A DNA stretch of 64,000 nt from Candidatus Latescibacterota bacterium (lineage in GTDB: Bacteria > Latescibacterota > UBA2968 > GCA-2709665). A program made the position numbers and the translations under genes. The stretch is from the NCBI GenBank assembly GCA_965226795.1, contig CBDDDZ010000005.1, forward strand, positions 1,408,001 to 1,472,000, in the 5' to 3' direction. Below the pieces are notes generated by a model, which made no database searches, was not told the origin of the DNA, and saw only the letters and a program-made list of their open reading frames with translations. Each line of letters starts with the position of its first letter. Within the stretch, counting starts at the first letter, position 1. Shown here piece after piece: positions 10,031-20,253 of this stretch.

Positions 10031-12880
10031 TTACAGGTAATGCGATAGACGCAGATACAGATACCTGCCCATGAAGTCGTAGGTACTGGCATCCGAGGTG
10101 CCGAGAAAGCCGTTGAATATCACCGCCGGAGCCTGGTTGAAGACGTTGTTGATTCCGACCGTCAGTACGGAGGCTCCCATCCGCGTTCCCAGTCTGTAGG
10201 ATCCGTACAGACCGAGAGTGCTGTTTGAACTGACCTTGCGGCTCACGGGCGTTTCTGACACGTCCGCGCGATACAGGCCCTTGCAATCGTCTTTTTCGCA
10301 TTCCAGAAAGCCGCCGACGTACTGCCAGTTCAGGCCGAACGAGGCGCGCGGCTGCCTCAGACCGACCGACGCCGAGTGCCGCCACCTGGGAAATACGCCC
10401 AAATCGTAGAACCCTTTGCCCTTTACCAATTCCAGCCCGTTTGCCGACGGCACCAGTTGATCGAATTTCAGGAGCATGTTGGTCTCCATGCGAGCGGTAA
10501 AGAAGCCAATCCGGGAATCGGCCGTGTAATCCAATTCGATGTCCAGCCCGCTGGTCTCGGTTTCGCCCACGTTGGCGCCTTGCGAAAAGATGGTCGTAAT
10601 CAGCTTCGTGCTGGGGTCTCGCACGATTTGATTGCAGTAGGACGGCGCGTCCTGCGAATAGCAGTTGCTCAAGATGAGTCCGGCGGACAGGGCCCCGATC
10701 ACGTCCTCGATTTTATTGGCATAATAGCTGATGGCTATATCCAGGTTGTCGGCAAAATCCGGCTGGTAAACCAGACCGGCCGTAATCATGGCGGCGGTCT
10801 CCGGATCGAGGTCGGTAGAGCCGCCCACCCTGGCTCTCAGCTGCGCCCGTGAGTCCTGGAAATCGGCCGGCACGCCCGCGGCCGCGCAATTTCTCTGCTG
10901 CTCAGCCGTCAACGTCCGGGGACTGCCCGCTTCGTCGACCACGCTGCAAGGATCGCTTACCAGCGGGAAGGCATCACTCTGGCCGAGGAACATCTCGGCG
11001 ATGCCGGGCGCTCGAAACGCGTTTGATATCGTTGCCCGGAGCGTCAGCCCGCGGGGAAGTTCGCAACGGGCGCCTGCCTCGTACGTAAAGCCGGTACCAA
11101 AGGTATCGTAATCGAATGCCCGGCCCGCTGCCGTCAGATCCAATCCAAAGGCGTCCGCTCGATAAACCGGCATAGAGGTCTCACCGTAAAGGGCCTTCAC
11201 CGAATAGGCGCCTTCCGTGGCTTCTTCCTTGCTTCCGGTGGTATTGCCTGACTCGGTTATCGGATCCGGAATATAGGCACCCGCCTCCCAGCGTGCGGAT
11301 ACGCCCGCGGCCACGGCAAGGGGGCCGGCCGACAGTTCGGCGATCTGCCCGGTCAGGTTCCATTGGAGGATCTTCTGCCTGGAGTGGCCCGTGGCGATAC
11401 CCGTATACTGGATGTAGTCCAGCATTTCCTGCGTAATGGTACCGGCGCCGTGCAGCAGATCGAGCGGGACGCAGTCGCCGATGGCGACGCATTCCGCGTC
11501 GGGCCCCAGCGCATGGGCGACGTTGCTGTGGATGAATCGGCCCTCGTTGATATTCGTGCCCCCGCTGCGGCCGTACGAATACGACAAATCGGTGTCGAAA
11601 CCCGCCAGCGGATATTCCAGGCCCAGGACGATGCGATAGGTGTTGATATCCTGAAGGGAATTGCGGTTGCCCGCTTCGACGAACCGGCGGCGGACGTCGT
11701 AAAATTCGCGGCCGAATTCATTGTATATGTTCGTAGGCGATATGGAGAGACCCTCACTGAAAATAAAAAGGGGGGTCGGTGCGAGCTTCTGATCGGATTG
11801 CCGGTTGGTGTACGAAACCTCGAAGAAACTCTTCGCCCGTGGGGCGAATTCATAAGAACCGCTGAGAAAGGTCGTGTATCGGGTCTGCGGCGTGTAGAGG
11901 TAATTTTCAGGCTGGTAATTATACAGGTCTCCGCTGCCGTCCGAAGAATTGCCCGCCCAGTTGAACGGGCGCCATCCTGCGTTGGGTTCGCGGTGGTAGT
12001 CGCTGGCGCTTTCACCGGCAGCCGCAGCCAGGGCCTGCCACGCCGCGTTGCCGGGCGCGCCCGTTTGGTCGATGATGTGGCCATCGGGGGTGGCCGAACT
12101 GCCGCTGGTGGCGTAGGTGCCGTCGTTCTTTTCCCAGTCGTACGTCTTGTCCTCCGTACTGAAGGGCCGGTTGCCGGTCCAGACGGGCTTCCGGTTGTGA
12201 TAGCCGGCCGAAAACAGGACGCTGCCCTTTTCGCTCTTCAGACCGGCGGTCACGCTGATATCGAGCGATTCGCCGTCGCCCTCACCCGAGGCACCCTGGT
12301 AGAATTCGATTTCAAGCCCCTCGGTTTCAGACCTCGTGATGATATTGACAACGCCCCCGACCGCGTCCGAACCGTACACCGCCGACGCGCCGTCCTTGAG
12401 CACTTCGACCCGTTCAACGGCGGAGACGGGAATGGCGTTGAGATCGACCGAGGAATTTGCGCCGGTGCCGCCCGGCACGAAGCGGCGTCCGTTGAGCAGA
12501 ACCAGGGTTCGATGAGAACCCAGCCCGCGGAGGCTGATGCGCGTGGAGCCATCTCCCCCGTTGTTGGCCTGTGTATTGATGGCATTGGACTGGACGGTAA
12601 GGGTCTGCAACACGTCTCCGATGGACGCCAGGCCCCGCACCTTGATTTCATCCCGCGACAGGACCACGACGGGGGCCGGCGTAAGGTTTTCATCGTTTTT
12701 GATCCGCGAGCCGGTCACGGTAATGGCTTCCATCTCGTAGACGATGTCCTCTTCTTCTTCGGTCTCTTCGACTTCTTCAGCATTCTCGACATCTTCGGCG
12801 GGCGCCTGGGTAACGCACGCGGCACCGATGAGAATGAAAAGGAAAACCGCAATCCGGAGGAAGGGGAATCTGACGCACAT
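10031..12880 (-). CDS. TonB-dependent outer membrane receptor
   Basis: Signal peptide, ITVTGSRI TonB box, plug motifs ISLRGLG, RTLVLLNGRR and RVEVLKDGASAVYGSDAVGGVVNII. ATG at 12880 follows AGGAG. Confidence 0.93.
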   Translation of the reverse strand: MCVRFPFLRIAVFLFILIGAACVTQAPAEDVENAEEVEETEEEEDIVYEMEAITVTGSRIKNDENLTPAPVVVLSRDEIKVRGLASIGDVLQTLTVQSNAINTQANNGGDGSTRISLRGLGSHRTLVLLNGRRFVPGGTGANSSVDLNAIPVSAVERVEVLKDGASAVYGSDAVGGVVNIITRSETEGLEIEFYQGASGEGDGESLDISVTAGLKSEKGSVLFSAGYHNRKPVWTGNRPFSTEDKTYDWEKNDGTYATSGSSATPDGHIIDQTGAPGNAAWQALAAAAGESASDYHREPNAGWRPFNWAGNSSDGSGDLYNYQPENYLYTPQTRYTTFLSGSYEFAPRAKSFFEVSYTNRQSDQKLAPTPLFIFSEGLSISPTNIYNEFGREFYDVRRRFVEAGNRNSLQDINTYRIVLGLEYPLAGFDTDLSYSYGRSGGTNINEGRFIHSNVAHALGPDAECVAIGDCVPLDLLHGAGTITQEMLDYIQYTGIATGHSRQKILQWNLTGQIAELSAGPLAVAAGVSARWEAGAYIPDPITESGNTTGSKEEATEGAYSVKALYGETSMPVYRADAFGLDLTAAGRAFDYDTFGTGFTYEAGARCELPRGLTLRATISNAFRAPGIAEMFLGQSDAFPLVSDPCSVVDEAGSPRTLTAEQQRNCAAAGVPADFQDSRAQLRARVGGSTDLDPETAAMITAGLVYQPDFADNLDIAISYYANKIEDVIGALSAGLILSNCYSQDAPSYCNQIVRDPSTKLITTIFSQGANVGETETSGLDIELDYTADSRIGFFTARMETNMLLKFDQLVPSANGLELVKGKGFYDLGVFPRWRHSASVGLRQPRASFGLNWQYVGGFLECEKDDCKGLYRADVSETPVSRKVSSNSTLGLYGSYRLGTRMGASVLTVGINNVFNQAPAVIFNGFLGTSDASTYDFMGRYLYLRLSHYL

Positions 12881-13317
12881 GATGGCAATCTCCTGTGATG
12901 GTACGGCGGAAGACGGAGACCCGGCGATACGAGCGTGCAGGGGGACTTCTGAGCCTTTTTGAGTCGGCCCTTTGGCCGAGAACTCGCACGGCCACTTACG
13001 ATTTTCTAAAAAAGTGTCGCAAAATATAACACATCGAATCAAATTGCTGCAAGATGTTTTGATAATCGTATATAGCCAGCCGAGACATCCGCGACGATCA
13101 TGAGGAGTCGGCGAGGCATCGGGATTGAGATCCGCCTACCGGATCACTCTTTAGGCGAACGATGGCAACTCCGCTGAACCCATCGCGGGCGTTCATGCGA
13201 TACGTGTTGTGTTTTTCACGTGCCCTTCGTAATTTAACGCCCTCCGTCTCACTTACTTACGTAAAAAGCGACGGCCGTTATAATGTGGAGGATGGCGATG
13301 ATAAGACGTTTCCGGCG

Positions 13318-13959
13318 ATGGATGTGGATAGCGACCGGCCGCCGCCGCCGCGGCCACTGATAATGCTGCTGGCAGCGGGCCTGTTCGCCGCCTGCGGTAA
13401 CGACACGGTATCCGAGGAAGCCTCACAGGATTTAACCGATATCAGCCGGATTGAGGATCTCAAGGCGGTTTTTAACCAGGACGCGGGCGTCCCTCGTCTC
13501 ATTTTGCTTCTTTCCCCCACGTGACCGGTCTGCCAGGCAGGCGCCAGTTGGGTGCAGGAAGAGATTCTGGGAAAGAACGCCGGTGCAAACGTAAAGGTTT
13601 ACGCGGTCTGGCTGCCGATAATTTCCAGTGACGCCCGGTCGGCGTGGAAAAAGAGCCTGCTTCCAGACTCGAGGGTGATGCATTTTTGGGACGGGCAGCG
13701 CGTTACGGGGCGATGGTTCGCACGGCAGGCGTGGTATGGGAAGAACGTGGACATCGCGTGGGATATCTATATCCTGTTCGGCCCGGAAGCACGATGGGAC
13801 GGGTCGCCGGGCCCGCTGATCAGCTGGGGAGAAACGGTCGTGGACGCACGCGAGCAACTCAGACTGGATTTTCAGTCACTTCTGGGTGGAAAGGGAGGAG
13901 GGGAAACAATTGTGCGAAAAACCCCGCTGGACGGAATGGCGGGTACAGAAAAACGGTAG
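13318..13959 (+). CDS. Probable thioredoxin-fold lipoprotein with in-frame TGA (UxxC), putative selenoprotein; start uncertain
   Basis: ORFs 13162-13524 and 13552-13959 share a frame. Junction CCC ACG TGA CCG GTC TGC reads SPT-U-PVC. Lipobox LFAAC upstream. Confidence 0.78.
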
Positions 13960-13988
13960 GTGTCGGTCCTGAATGGTGGTCGGGAGGA

Positions 13989-14029
13989 AAAAACAAAGGG
14001 GAGTCGAGAAACCGACTCCCCTTTGTTTT

Positions 14030-14030
<1 letters not shown>
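13989..14030. terminator. Bidirectional intrinsic terminator between the selenoprotein candidate and tRNA-fMet
   Basis: AAAAACAAAGGGGAGTCG / CGACTCCCCTTTGTTTTT perfect inverted repeat. Confidence 0.88.
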
Positions 14031-14106
<76 letters not shown>

Positions 14107-14153
14107 ACCATCAATGTCCGGTATACTGAAATCTATCAATCCAACGCGTTTTG

Positions 14154-15443
14154 TCAAGCGATTTCTTGGGTTTTGTCCTGTTTGTTCCGGTCAGGTTTCT
14201 GTTTGACGATCCTGACCGTGGTAATGCGTTGCCCAACCACTTCCTCCACCCACAGTGTGAGGTTTTCGAACACGAAGGTCTCGTCGGGACCCGGAACGCG
14301 ACCCAGATGGTTGTATATGAAGCCGCCCAGGGTTTCATATCCGTCGCGCGGCAGTTCGATATTCAGGATGAGATTGAGGTCGGCTATATCGAGCCGCGCG
14401 TCGGCCACCAGCACGCGCCCGTCTTCGTCCCATTGAAACAGCTGCTCTTCCTGGTCGTATTCGTCGTGGATTTCGCCGACGATCTCTTCGATTAAATCCT
14501 CGAGCGTGACCAGTCCGGACGTGCCGCCGAATTCATTGATGACAATCGCCATGTGCACCTTATTGGTGTTGAACTCTCGCATCAACTCCGCGATTTTCTT
14601 GTTTTCCGGTACGAAATACGGCTTGCGCATAGCGCCCTCGGGCGTCCAGGCCTGTCCCGTGCTTAGAAGTTCGAGCAGATCCTTGGCGTAAACCACACCT
14701 TCGATATGGTCCACGCGCTCGCGGTAGATGGGAATGCGCGAATGCCGCTTCTGCTGAATCAGGGCCAGAATATCCTCGGGTTTGGAGGAGATTTCGGCGC
14801 ACGCCATGTCGATGCGCGGTACCATCACTTCCTTCACCGTCGTTTCGCCGAACTCGAAAATGCCGGCGATCATGTCCCGTTCTTCCTCTTCTATGGTTCC
14901 TTCCTCGGTCTCGGTTTCCACGATCTGCCGCAGTTCCTCCTCCTTGATGGCCCTGGTATCGGTTTCGCTGACAAAAAGGCTCCGTGTTTTCTGCAGGAGC
15001 AGTGCTGGAGCCAGAAGCAGCACATATAGTGGGTAGTAGATGGCAATCAGGTGAGGCGGCGGTCGGTCGGATCCCTCTTCGCGCCTGTAGAAAGAGATTG
15101 CATTGTCAATCAGCAGAGAAATCAGCACGAACACGGCGATGCTCAGCAGATCTCGCAGAAATGGCCAAGCGAAATCGTTCAGCACGGATCTGGCGAGAAA
15201 TGCGAATGCAAGCCCGCCCATCGCGATTGACAGCGATTGGCCAAACGTGACCGTCACGCCCAGGGCGTATCTTGGTCTGTACATCGACAGCAGCAGGTTC
15301 GCGCGGGGGACGGCTTCGTCGCGGAGGCGTTCAAGCGTGGCCCGGGATATCGTGCTGCCGATTGCGCCCACCCGAGCAATCAGAGCGGTGACGAGCAGAG
15401 ACCCACCCACGACAAGTGCTGCCAACCATTCGGAGTCATCCAA
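14154..15443 (-). CDS. CNNM/CBS/CorC-HlyC family (hemolysin-like) transporter
   Basis: N-terminal TMs, VKEVMVPR, HSRIPIY, VINEFGGTSGLVTLEDLIEEIVGEI, YETLGG. Confidence 0.92.
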   Translation of the reverse strand: MDDSEWLAALVVGGSLLVTALIARVGAIGSTISRATLERLRDEAVPRANLLLSMYRPRYALGVTVTFGQSLSIAMGGLAFAFLARSVLNDFAWPFLRDLLSIAVFVLISLLIDNAISFYRREEGSDRPPPHLIAIYYPLYVLLLAPALLLQKTRSLFVSETDTRAIKEEELRQIVETETEEGTIEEEERDMIAGIFEFGETTVKEVMVPRIDMACAEISSKPEDILALIQQKRHSRIPIYRERVDHIEGVVYAKDLLELLSTGQAWTPEGAMRKPYFVPENKKIAELMREFNTNKVHMAIVINEFGGTSGLVTLEDLIEEIVGEIHDEYDQEEQLFQWDEDGRVLVADARLDIADLNLILNIELPRDGYETLGGFIYNHLGRVPGPDETFVFENLTLWVEEVVGQRITTVRIVKQKPDRNKQDKTQEIA

Positions 15444-15450
15444 AATGGAT

Positions 15451-15903
15451 TCACGCTCCTTTCAGGTGTATGCCTGCTCGAAACCGGGCCAAATACTCGC
15501 GTTCCATGCGTCGCATGGAAGCGCTGGACCGGGGAGAGTCGTGGCGGTACCCGAGCAGATGGAGGGTGCCGTGTATGGCAAGCCACGCTATTTCGTCGGA
15601 CAGGCACCGGGAAGCTTCGCGGGCCTGTACCTGGGCTCTATCCACGGAAATGTAGATTTCACCCAGATCGTCGCATTCGGGATGGACTGGATCCGCCAGA
15701 TCGAAGGAAAGAACATCCGTCGGCACAAACGCCCCCTTGAACTCCCCGTTCAGGCGGCAAAGCGCCGCGTCGTCGGCCAGAACCAGAGTGACAGTTCCGT
15801 CCGTGCGGTGATCCTCGAGGACACTGTCAAGCAGGAAGTCGAGGTTCGTCGGGTCGAACGCTACCGGAAGCGGCGCCGCTTGTTCAATGCGGACCCGGGT
15901 CAC
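15451..15903 (-). CDS. ybeY: rRNA maturation factor YbeY
   Basis: LN..F...PTDVLSF, LGEIYIS, HGTLHLLGYRH. GTG start overlaps the upstream stop and follows GGAGG. Confidence 0.92.
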   Translation of the reverse strand: MTRVRIEQAAPLPVAFDPTNLDFLLDSVLEDHRTDGTVTLVLADDAALCRLNGEFKGAFVPTDVLSFDLADPVHPECDDLGEIYISVDRAQVQAREASRCLSDEIAWLAIHGTLHLLGYRHDSPRSSASMRRMEREYLARFRAGIHLKGA

Positions 15904-18212
15904 AGAACCTCCTTCCTGCGCCTGGATTGAACCCGCTTCTGTTCGTGCTGCCACGGATAGGCAACGCGGCTGTGCCAGGTGGCCTCGAGAATGGGCAGAA
16001 ATGCTTCCTGAATTTGCGTCAGGTCTCTGAGCGTCAGGTCGCATTCGTCCAACTCTCCGGCAGTAAACCTTCCCTTCACGAGCGCTTGAACCATGTCACG
16101 GGTTTTTTCGGGGGAGATGGCGTCGAGGCTGCGTATTGCGGATTCCACCGCGTCGGCCAGGCTGACGATGCCGGCCTCGCTGGTCTGAGGCCTCGGACCC
16201 GGGTACCGGAAATCGGCGTCGCGTACCTCGTGCGGGGCGCTGCGTTCCAAGGCACTCTTTTTGAAACTCGCGATTTCGCTGGTACCGTGATGCTGGGATA
16301 TCATGTCGATGATGACGCGCGGCAGACCTTCCTCTTCGGCCATTCTGACGCCGTCCTTCACATGGGAGATCAGAATCAGGGCGCTTAGACGAGGCTGGAG
16401 TTCATCGTGCGGATTCACGCCTTTCTGGTTTTCGATAAAATAGTGGGGTCGGATCATTTTGCCGATGTCATGGTAGTAGCAGCCCACCCGCGCCAGCAGG
16501 GCGTTGGCTCCGATAACTTCAGCGGCCGCCTCCGAAAGCCTGGCCATAATGATACTGTGACTGTACGTGCCGGGCGCCCGAATGGCCAGGTTTCGCAAGA
16601 GCGGCCGGTTCAGATCCGAGAGTTCCAGCAGTGTATAGGTTGTGACAACGCTGAATGCGCTTTCGAAGATGGGGAGGAGGCCGATGGTTAGAACCGAGGA
16701 TGCACAGGCCGTGAAGGTACCCAGCACAAGGTCCCACCTGACCTTCTGGATGAATTCTCCAAAACTGGAATAGCTGAACAACAGGGTGGAAGTGGCAAGG
16801 GTGGAGATAAGATAAGCGCCGACAAGGAAGGCGATGGACCGGTAGAAAAAGTCGCTTCGACGGTGGACCGGGCGCACTGAGTACGCTCCCGCGGCCCCCG
16901 TAATCATGTAGATCAGTCCAAACGAAAGGCTTCCCACGATGCTCGCGCACAGCGTGGCGCAGACGAACGACACGACCAGTCCGACTTCGGTGTCGAAGAG
17001 TACGGTAGCCAGCATCACTGAAAGCGCAACCGGCACCAATAGGGGTGTGACCGACGACACGGTCGCCGCGTACGACGCGACCAGGCACGGCATGATGACC
17101 AGGATGCCAAAGAGGACAAGATTGGACGTTGACGCGAAAACCGAGGGGCGGGAAACCTGAAGAAACACGAATAAGATGGTAACCAGCAAGGCGCTGACAG
17201 CGGCCTGCGCGCCGACCTGGAGATGATACAGATAGGGGATCCTGTCGATCGCCCTGTTCAAGTGGACGGCCAGAGAACGCAACTGGTCCATGTGTTCGGA
17301 GGTCACGCGGTCGTGTTTGTCAACGATGCGCTCGCCTCCCAGAACGGTTCCCTTATAGGGCGAGACCCTTGCGGCTGTCTCGTCCCTTCGCAGCTCGGTT
17401 TCTTCCGCGCTGTAGGTGAGATTGGGCGTTAGAAATACCACGACAAGCTCGTATACGGTCTTTATTTCCGCAGGCGTTCCCTGCGGAAACCGCGTGTCGA
17501 TTTCATCCTGCAGGCTCCGCTCATACCACTCCATGCCGCGGATCGGAGCTGCCGAAACGCGTCGCTCCATGTCGCCCTGGACGAGGAGCACCTCCTTCAT
17601 GTCGTTTCCAAGTACTTCCGAGTCCTGGTTCAATACGCCAGCCGCATAACTGGAAACGAGAAGCTCGCGTACCGTCGTACGAAGTTTTTCGAATCCGGTG
17701 GGGTAGTTGGCCGCCTGATTGATGAGAAAGCGAAGACTGGCCTGAGATACCGACCCGATTTCCGAATGCCCCTGTTGAAGTTGGTAAACCACCGAATCCG
17801 GAACGGCGGAGACGCTCAACGCATGCAGATCTTCAAAGAATCCGTCTAGAGCGCCTTGCCGATCGGACGCCACCTCCGCGTCCAGGACCAGGATCGGAAG
17901 AACGTCGCTGCGTGCTGCTTCCACTTCACGGCTATATTCGGTTTCGCTCTTGAGTACTTTGAAGTTTTCCGGAGCGATCACTTCATAGGGTGCGATCGTG
18001 CCCTCACTGAAGGCACTGTGTTCATGGTTTCTTCTGGCAATCGGGAAGAAATACGTCAGCAGGGCAACCAGAGTGAACATCAGCCCCACCCGCAACAGAA
18101 CTCTGATACGCAAACGCAGCTTGCGCTGGGATAGCGCCCCGCGGTCGGCGCCGTCGGCATCCGATTCCACGAGTCCTGTGTGCAGGAGTATACGTCGGAG
18201 ACTACGCATCAT
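15900..18212 (-). CDS. 7TM-HD (HDIG) membrane phosphohydrolase, PgpH-like
   Basis: Extracytoplasmic domain, multiple TMs, LLELSD, APGTYSHS, YYHDIGK, HHGT, FRYPGPRP, LADAVE. Confidence 0.9.
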   Translation of the reverse strand: MMRSLRRILLHTGLVESDADGADRGALSQRKLRLRIRVLLRVGLMFTLVALLTYFFPIARRNHEHSAFSEGTIAPYEVIAPENFKVLKSETEYSREVEAARSDVLPILVLDAEVASDRQGALDGFFEDLHALSVSAVPDSVVYQLQQGHSEIGSVSQASLRFLINQAANYPTGFEKLRTTVRELLVSSYAAGVLNQDSEVLGNDMKEVLLVQGDMERRVSAAPIRGMEWYERSLQDEIDTRFPQGTPAEIKTVYELVVVFLTPNLTYSAEETELRRDETAARVSPYKGTVLGGERIVDKHDRVTSEHMDQLRSLAVHLNRAIDRIPYLYHLQVGAQAAVSALLVTILFVFLQVSRPSVFASTSNLVLFGILVIMPCLVASYAATVSSVTPLLVPVALSVMLATVLFDTEVGLVVSFVCATLCASIVGSLSFGLIYMITGAAGAYSVRPVHRRSDFFYRSIAFLVGAYLISTLATSTLLFSYSSFGEFIQKVRWDLVLGTFTACASSVLTIGLLPIFESAFSVVTTYTLLELSDLNRPLLRNLAIRAPGTYSHSIIMARLSEAAAEVIGANALLARVGCYYHDIGKMIRPHYFIENQKGVNPHDELQPRLSALILISHVKDGVRMAEEEGLPRVIIDMISQHHGTSEIASFKKSALERSAPHEVRDADFRYPGPRPQTSEAGIVSLADAVESAIRSLDAISPEKTRDMVQALVKGRFTAGELDECDLTLRDLTQIQEAFLPILEATWHSRVAYPWQHEQKRVQSRRRKEVL

Positions 18213-18234
18213 CGAGTACGTTACCCTTTACATT

Positions 18235-19251
18235 TCACTGCTGTCCCGCGTCTTCGTTAAGCCCGGGTGTACCCGTTGCCTGAAGCCGTCTTTCACTTTC
18301 ATAACGGTCGTACGCGGAGATAATCTTCCGGACCAGCGGGTGGCGCACGACATCCTGTTCGGTGAAATAGACGAACCGGACGGCCTCGATATGCGAGAGG
18401 ATCTGTTGACCATGCACAAGCCCGGACACATGGTCGGGTGGCAGGTCGATCTGGGTGACATCGCCGTTGACGACGGCCTTTGAGTTGGCCCCCAGTCGCG
18501 TGAGAAACATCTTCATTTGGCTGATGGTCGTGTTCTGTGCCTCATCCAGAATTACAATGGCGTTGTTGAGCGTACGACCCCGCATGAATGCAAGTGGAGC
18601 GATTTCCAGTGTCCGATTTTCGAGCAGATGTTGCATATGCTCACTGGGAATCATGTCCCTCAGCGCATCGTAAAGCGGCCGCAGATATGGGTCGACCTTT
18701 TCCTGAATGTCGCCCGGTAGAAATCCCAGGTTCTCTCCTGCTTCCACCGCCGGACGGGTCAGAACGATCCTCGAAACCTCTTTGCGCTGCAGAGCGGCGG
18801 CGGCACAGGCGACGGCGAGGTAGGTCTTGCCTGTCCCGGCGGGGCCGATGCCGAAAACGATATCGAAATTCTCGATTCCGGTCACATATTGTTGCTGGGC
18901 CGCCGAACGGGGCCGAATCACGCATTTCTGGGTGACGAGAACGGTCTTTGCGGCTTCGGATGGACCGTTGCCGGGGGTTTTTCCACCTGACACGTCTGGT
19001 CGCTCGGGCGTGCCACCGCGCCGCAGGCACGAGACCATCTCTTCCAGCAGGCCGGAAACATGCCGGACTTTGTAGGCGGGGCCTGTGATCGTGACGGTTT
19101 CGCCCCGGGCCGTAACGTGTACGCCGTAACGGGCTTCAAGCGCCAGGAGGTTGACGTCGTTGTGACCGTACAGGGTAAGGGGATCGACGCCCTGGATTGA
19201 TAGCTGATGAGATAAGGTTGGATTTCTCAATCGGTTAAGTCTTTTCCCCAA
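18235..19251 (-). CDS. phoH: PhoH-family ATPase
   Basis: GPAGTGKTYLA, TRPAVEAGENLGFLPG, APLAFMRGRT, DEAQN, VVRHPLV. Start uncertain. Confidence 0.95.
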   Translation of the reverse strand: MGKRLNRLRNPTLSHQLSIQGVDPLTLYGHNDVNLLALEARYGVHVTARGETVTITGPAYKVRHVSGLLEEMVSCLRRGGTPERPDVSGGKTPGNGPSEAAKTVLVTQKCVIRPRSAAQQQYVTGIENFDIVFGIGPAGTGKTYLAVACAAAALQRKEVSRIVLTRPAVEAGENLGFLPGDIQEKVDPYLRPLYDALRDMIPSEHMQHLLENRTLEIAPLAFMRGRTLNNAIVILDEAQNTTISQMKMFLTRLGANSKAVVNGDVTQIDLPPDHVSGLVHGQQILSHIEAVRFVYFTEQDVVRHPLVRKIISAYDRYESERRLQATGTPGLNEDAGQQ

Positions 19252-19253
19252 AC

Positions 19254-19298
19254 AAAAAAAGCCCTCGTTCCGGCCAGACTCCGGGAACGAGAGCTTTT
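19254..19298 (-). terminator. Intrinsic terminator after the LysM gene
   Basis: Minus strand AAAAGCTCTCGTTCC...GGAACGAGGGCTTTTTTT. Confidence 0.8.
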
Positions 19299-19385
19299 CA
19301 GTAGCCTTATTCGTGGTGTGAGTCGCTTTCCATTTTCTGAGGACGCAAATCTCTGTAGTTCGGAGCCGTGGAGTCCAGTGAGCGA

Positions 19386-20237
19386 TCAGTTTTCAGGAAC
19401 GTCGATGACCTGTGCCGGGAAGATCAGGTTCGGATCCCTGATCTGAGATTTGTTCGCCCGATAAATGCGGTGCCATTTCGACGGGTCGTTGTACATCATG
19501 CCGGCAATGCTTGTGAGCGTATGGCCCTGCAGGACGAGATGCCGGCCTCTATCTACGCCAAATGGAATCTGAAGAACCCAATTGGGGTAGATGAGATCGG
19601 GATGCTTGATCTTGTCTCGGTTTTCGAGGTAGATGCGGGGCCAGAGGTAGGCGTTGTCGTAGATTTCCTCGCTTCTGGCGATTTTCCAGAGGTTGTCGTT
19701 CCGGAGCACCGTGTAGTCTTTGATTTTCTTCGCGGGCATCCGGGCGGCGATTCTCTCGATCAGTTGCACAATGGTCTTCAGCTTCATCTTCGCTTTGGGA
19801 AGGTGGCGGATGTTGTTTTGTTTGAGGCCCTCGACCTCTTCGGAAATCGAGTCGAAATGATCTCGCTGGTCGAATAGATCGGCGTCGGGAAGATTCATCA
19901 GGGCCCTCAGCTGGCCCTCGATACGATCCAGTGCGGCCATGTAGGCGTCGATGCAAGCTTGATCGGTACAGCCAACCAGGTCCAGGAGATCCTGCATCGT
20001 GCCTGCAATCTGCTCTTCCAAACCGGTGATCTGCTGTGCGACCATGTCTCCCGCGTCTTTACACTCCTGCACTTTCTGCTTGATTTCCTGGACGTTTTGC
20101 TGTACGCCCGCAAGTTGCATTTCGTACTCTTCGTAGGTCATGCCGTCTTCCGACTGGGCAAAGGCGGCCAGCGGAACCAGAGCCAACGCTAGCGCGGTGC
20201 AGACGAGTGAAAACCCGAGGTGTCTACGATTCTTCAC
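19386..20237 (-). CDS. Secreted coiled-coil protein with two LysM domains
   Basis: Signal peptide; YTVLRNDNLWKIA...IKHPDLIYP and HLVLQGHTLTSIA...IRDPNLIFPAQ. Confidence 0.88.
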   Translation of the reverse strand: MKNRRHLGFSLVCTALALALVPLAAFAQSEDGMTYEEYEMQLAGVQQNVQEIKQKVQECKDAGDMVAQQITGLEEQIAGTMQDLLDLVGCTDQACIDAYMAALDRIEGQLRALMNLPDADLFDQRDHFDSISEEVEGLKQNNIRHLPKAKMKLKTIVQLIERIAARMPAKKIKDYTVLRNDNLWKIARSEEIYDNAYLWPRIYLENRDKIKHPDLIYPNWVLQIPFGVDRGRHLVLQGHTLTSIAGMMYNDPSKWHRIYRANKSQIRDPNLIFPAQVIDVPEN

Positions 20238-20253
20238 AGGAAACTCCTTTCCA

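Noticed and set aside
12740..12800. Acidic GAA-rich repeat at the receptor N-terminus
   Set aside because: Ordinary low-complexity linker before the TonB box.
13528..13542. GTCTGCCAGGCAGGC resembles the transposase palindrome
   Set aside because: It encodes the VCQAG of the redox motif and lacks the outer CCT arm; most likely coincidence.
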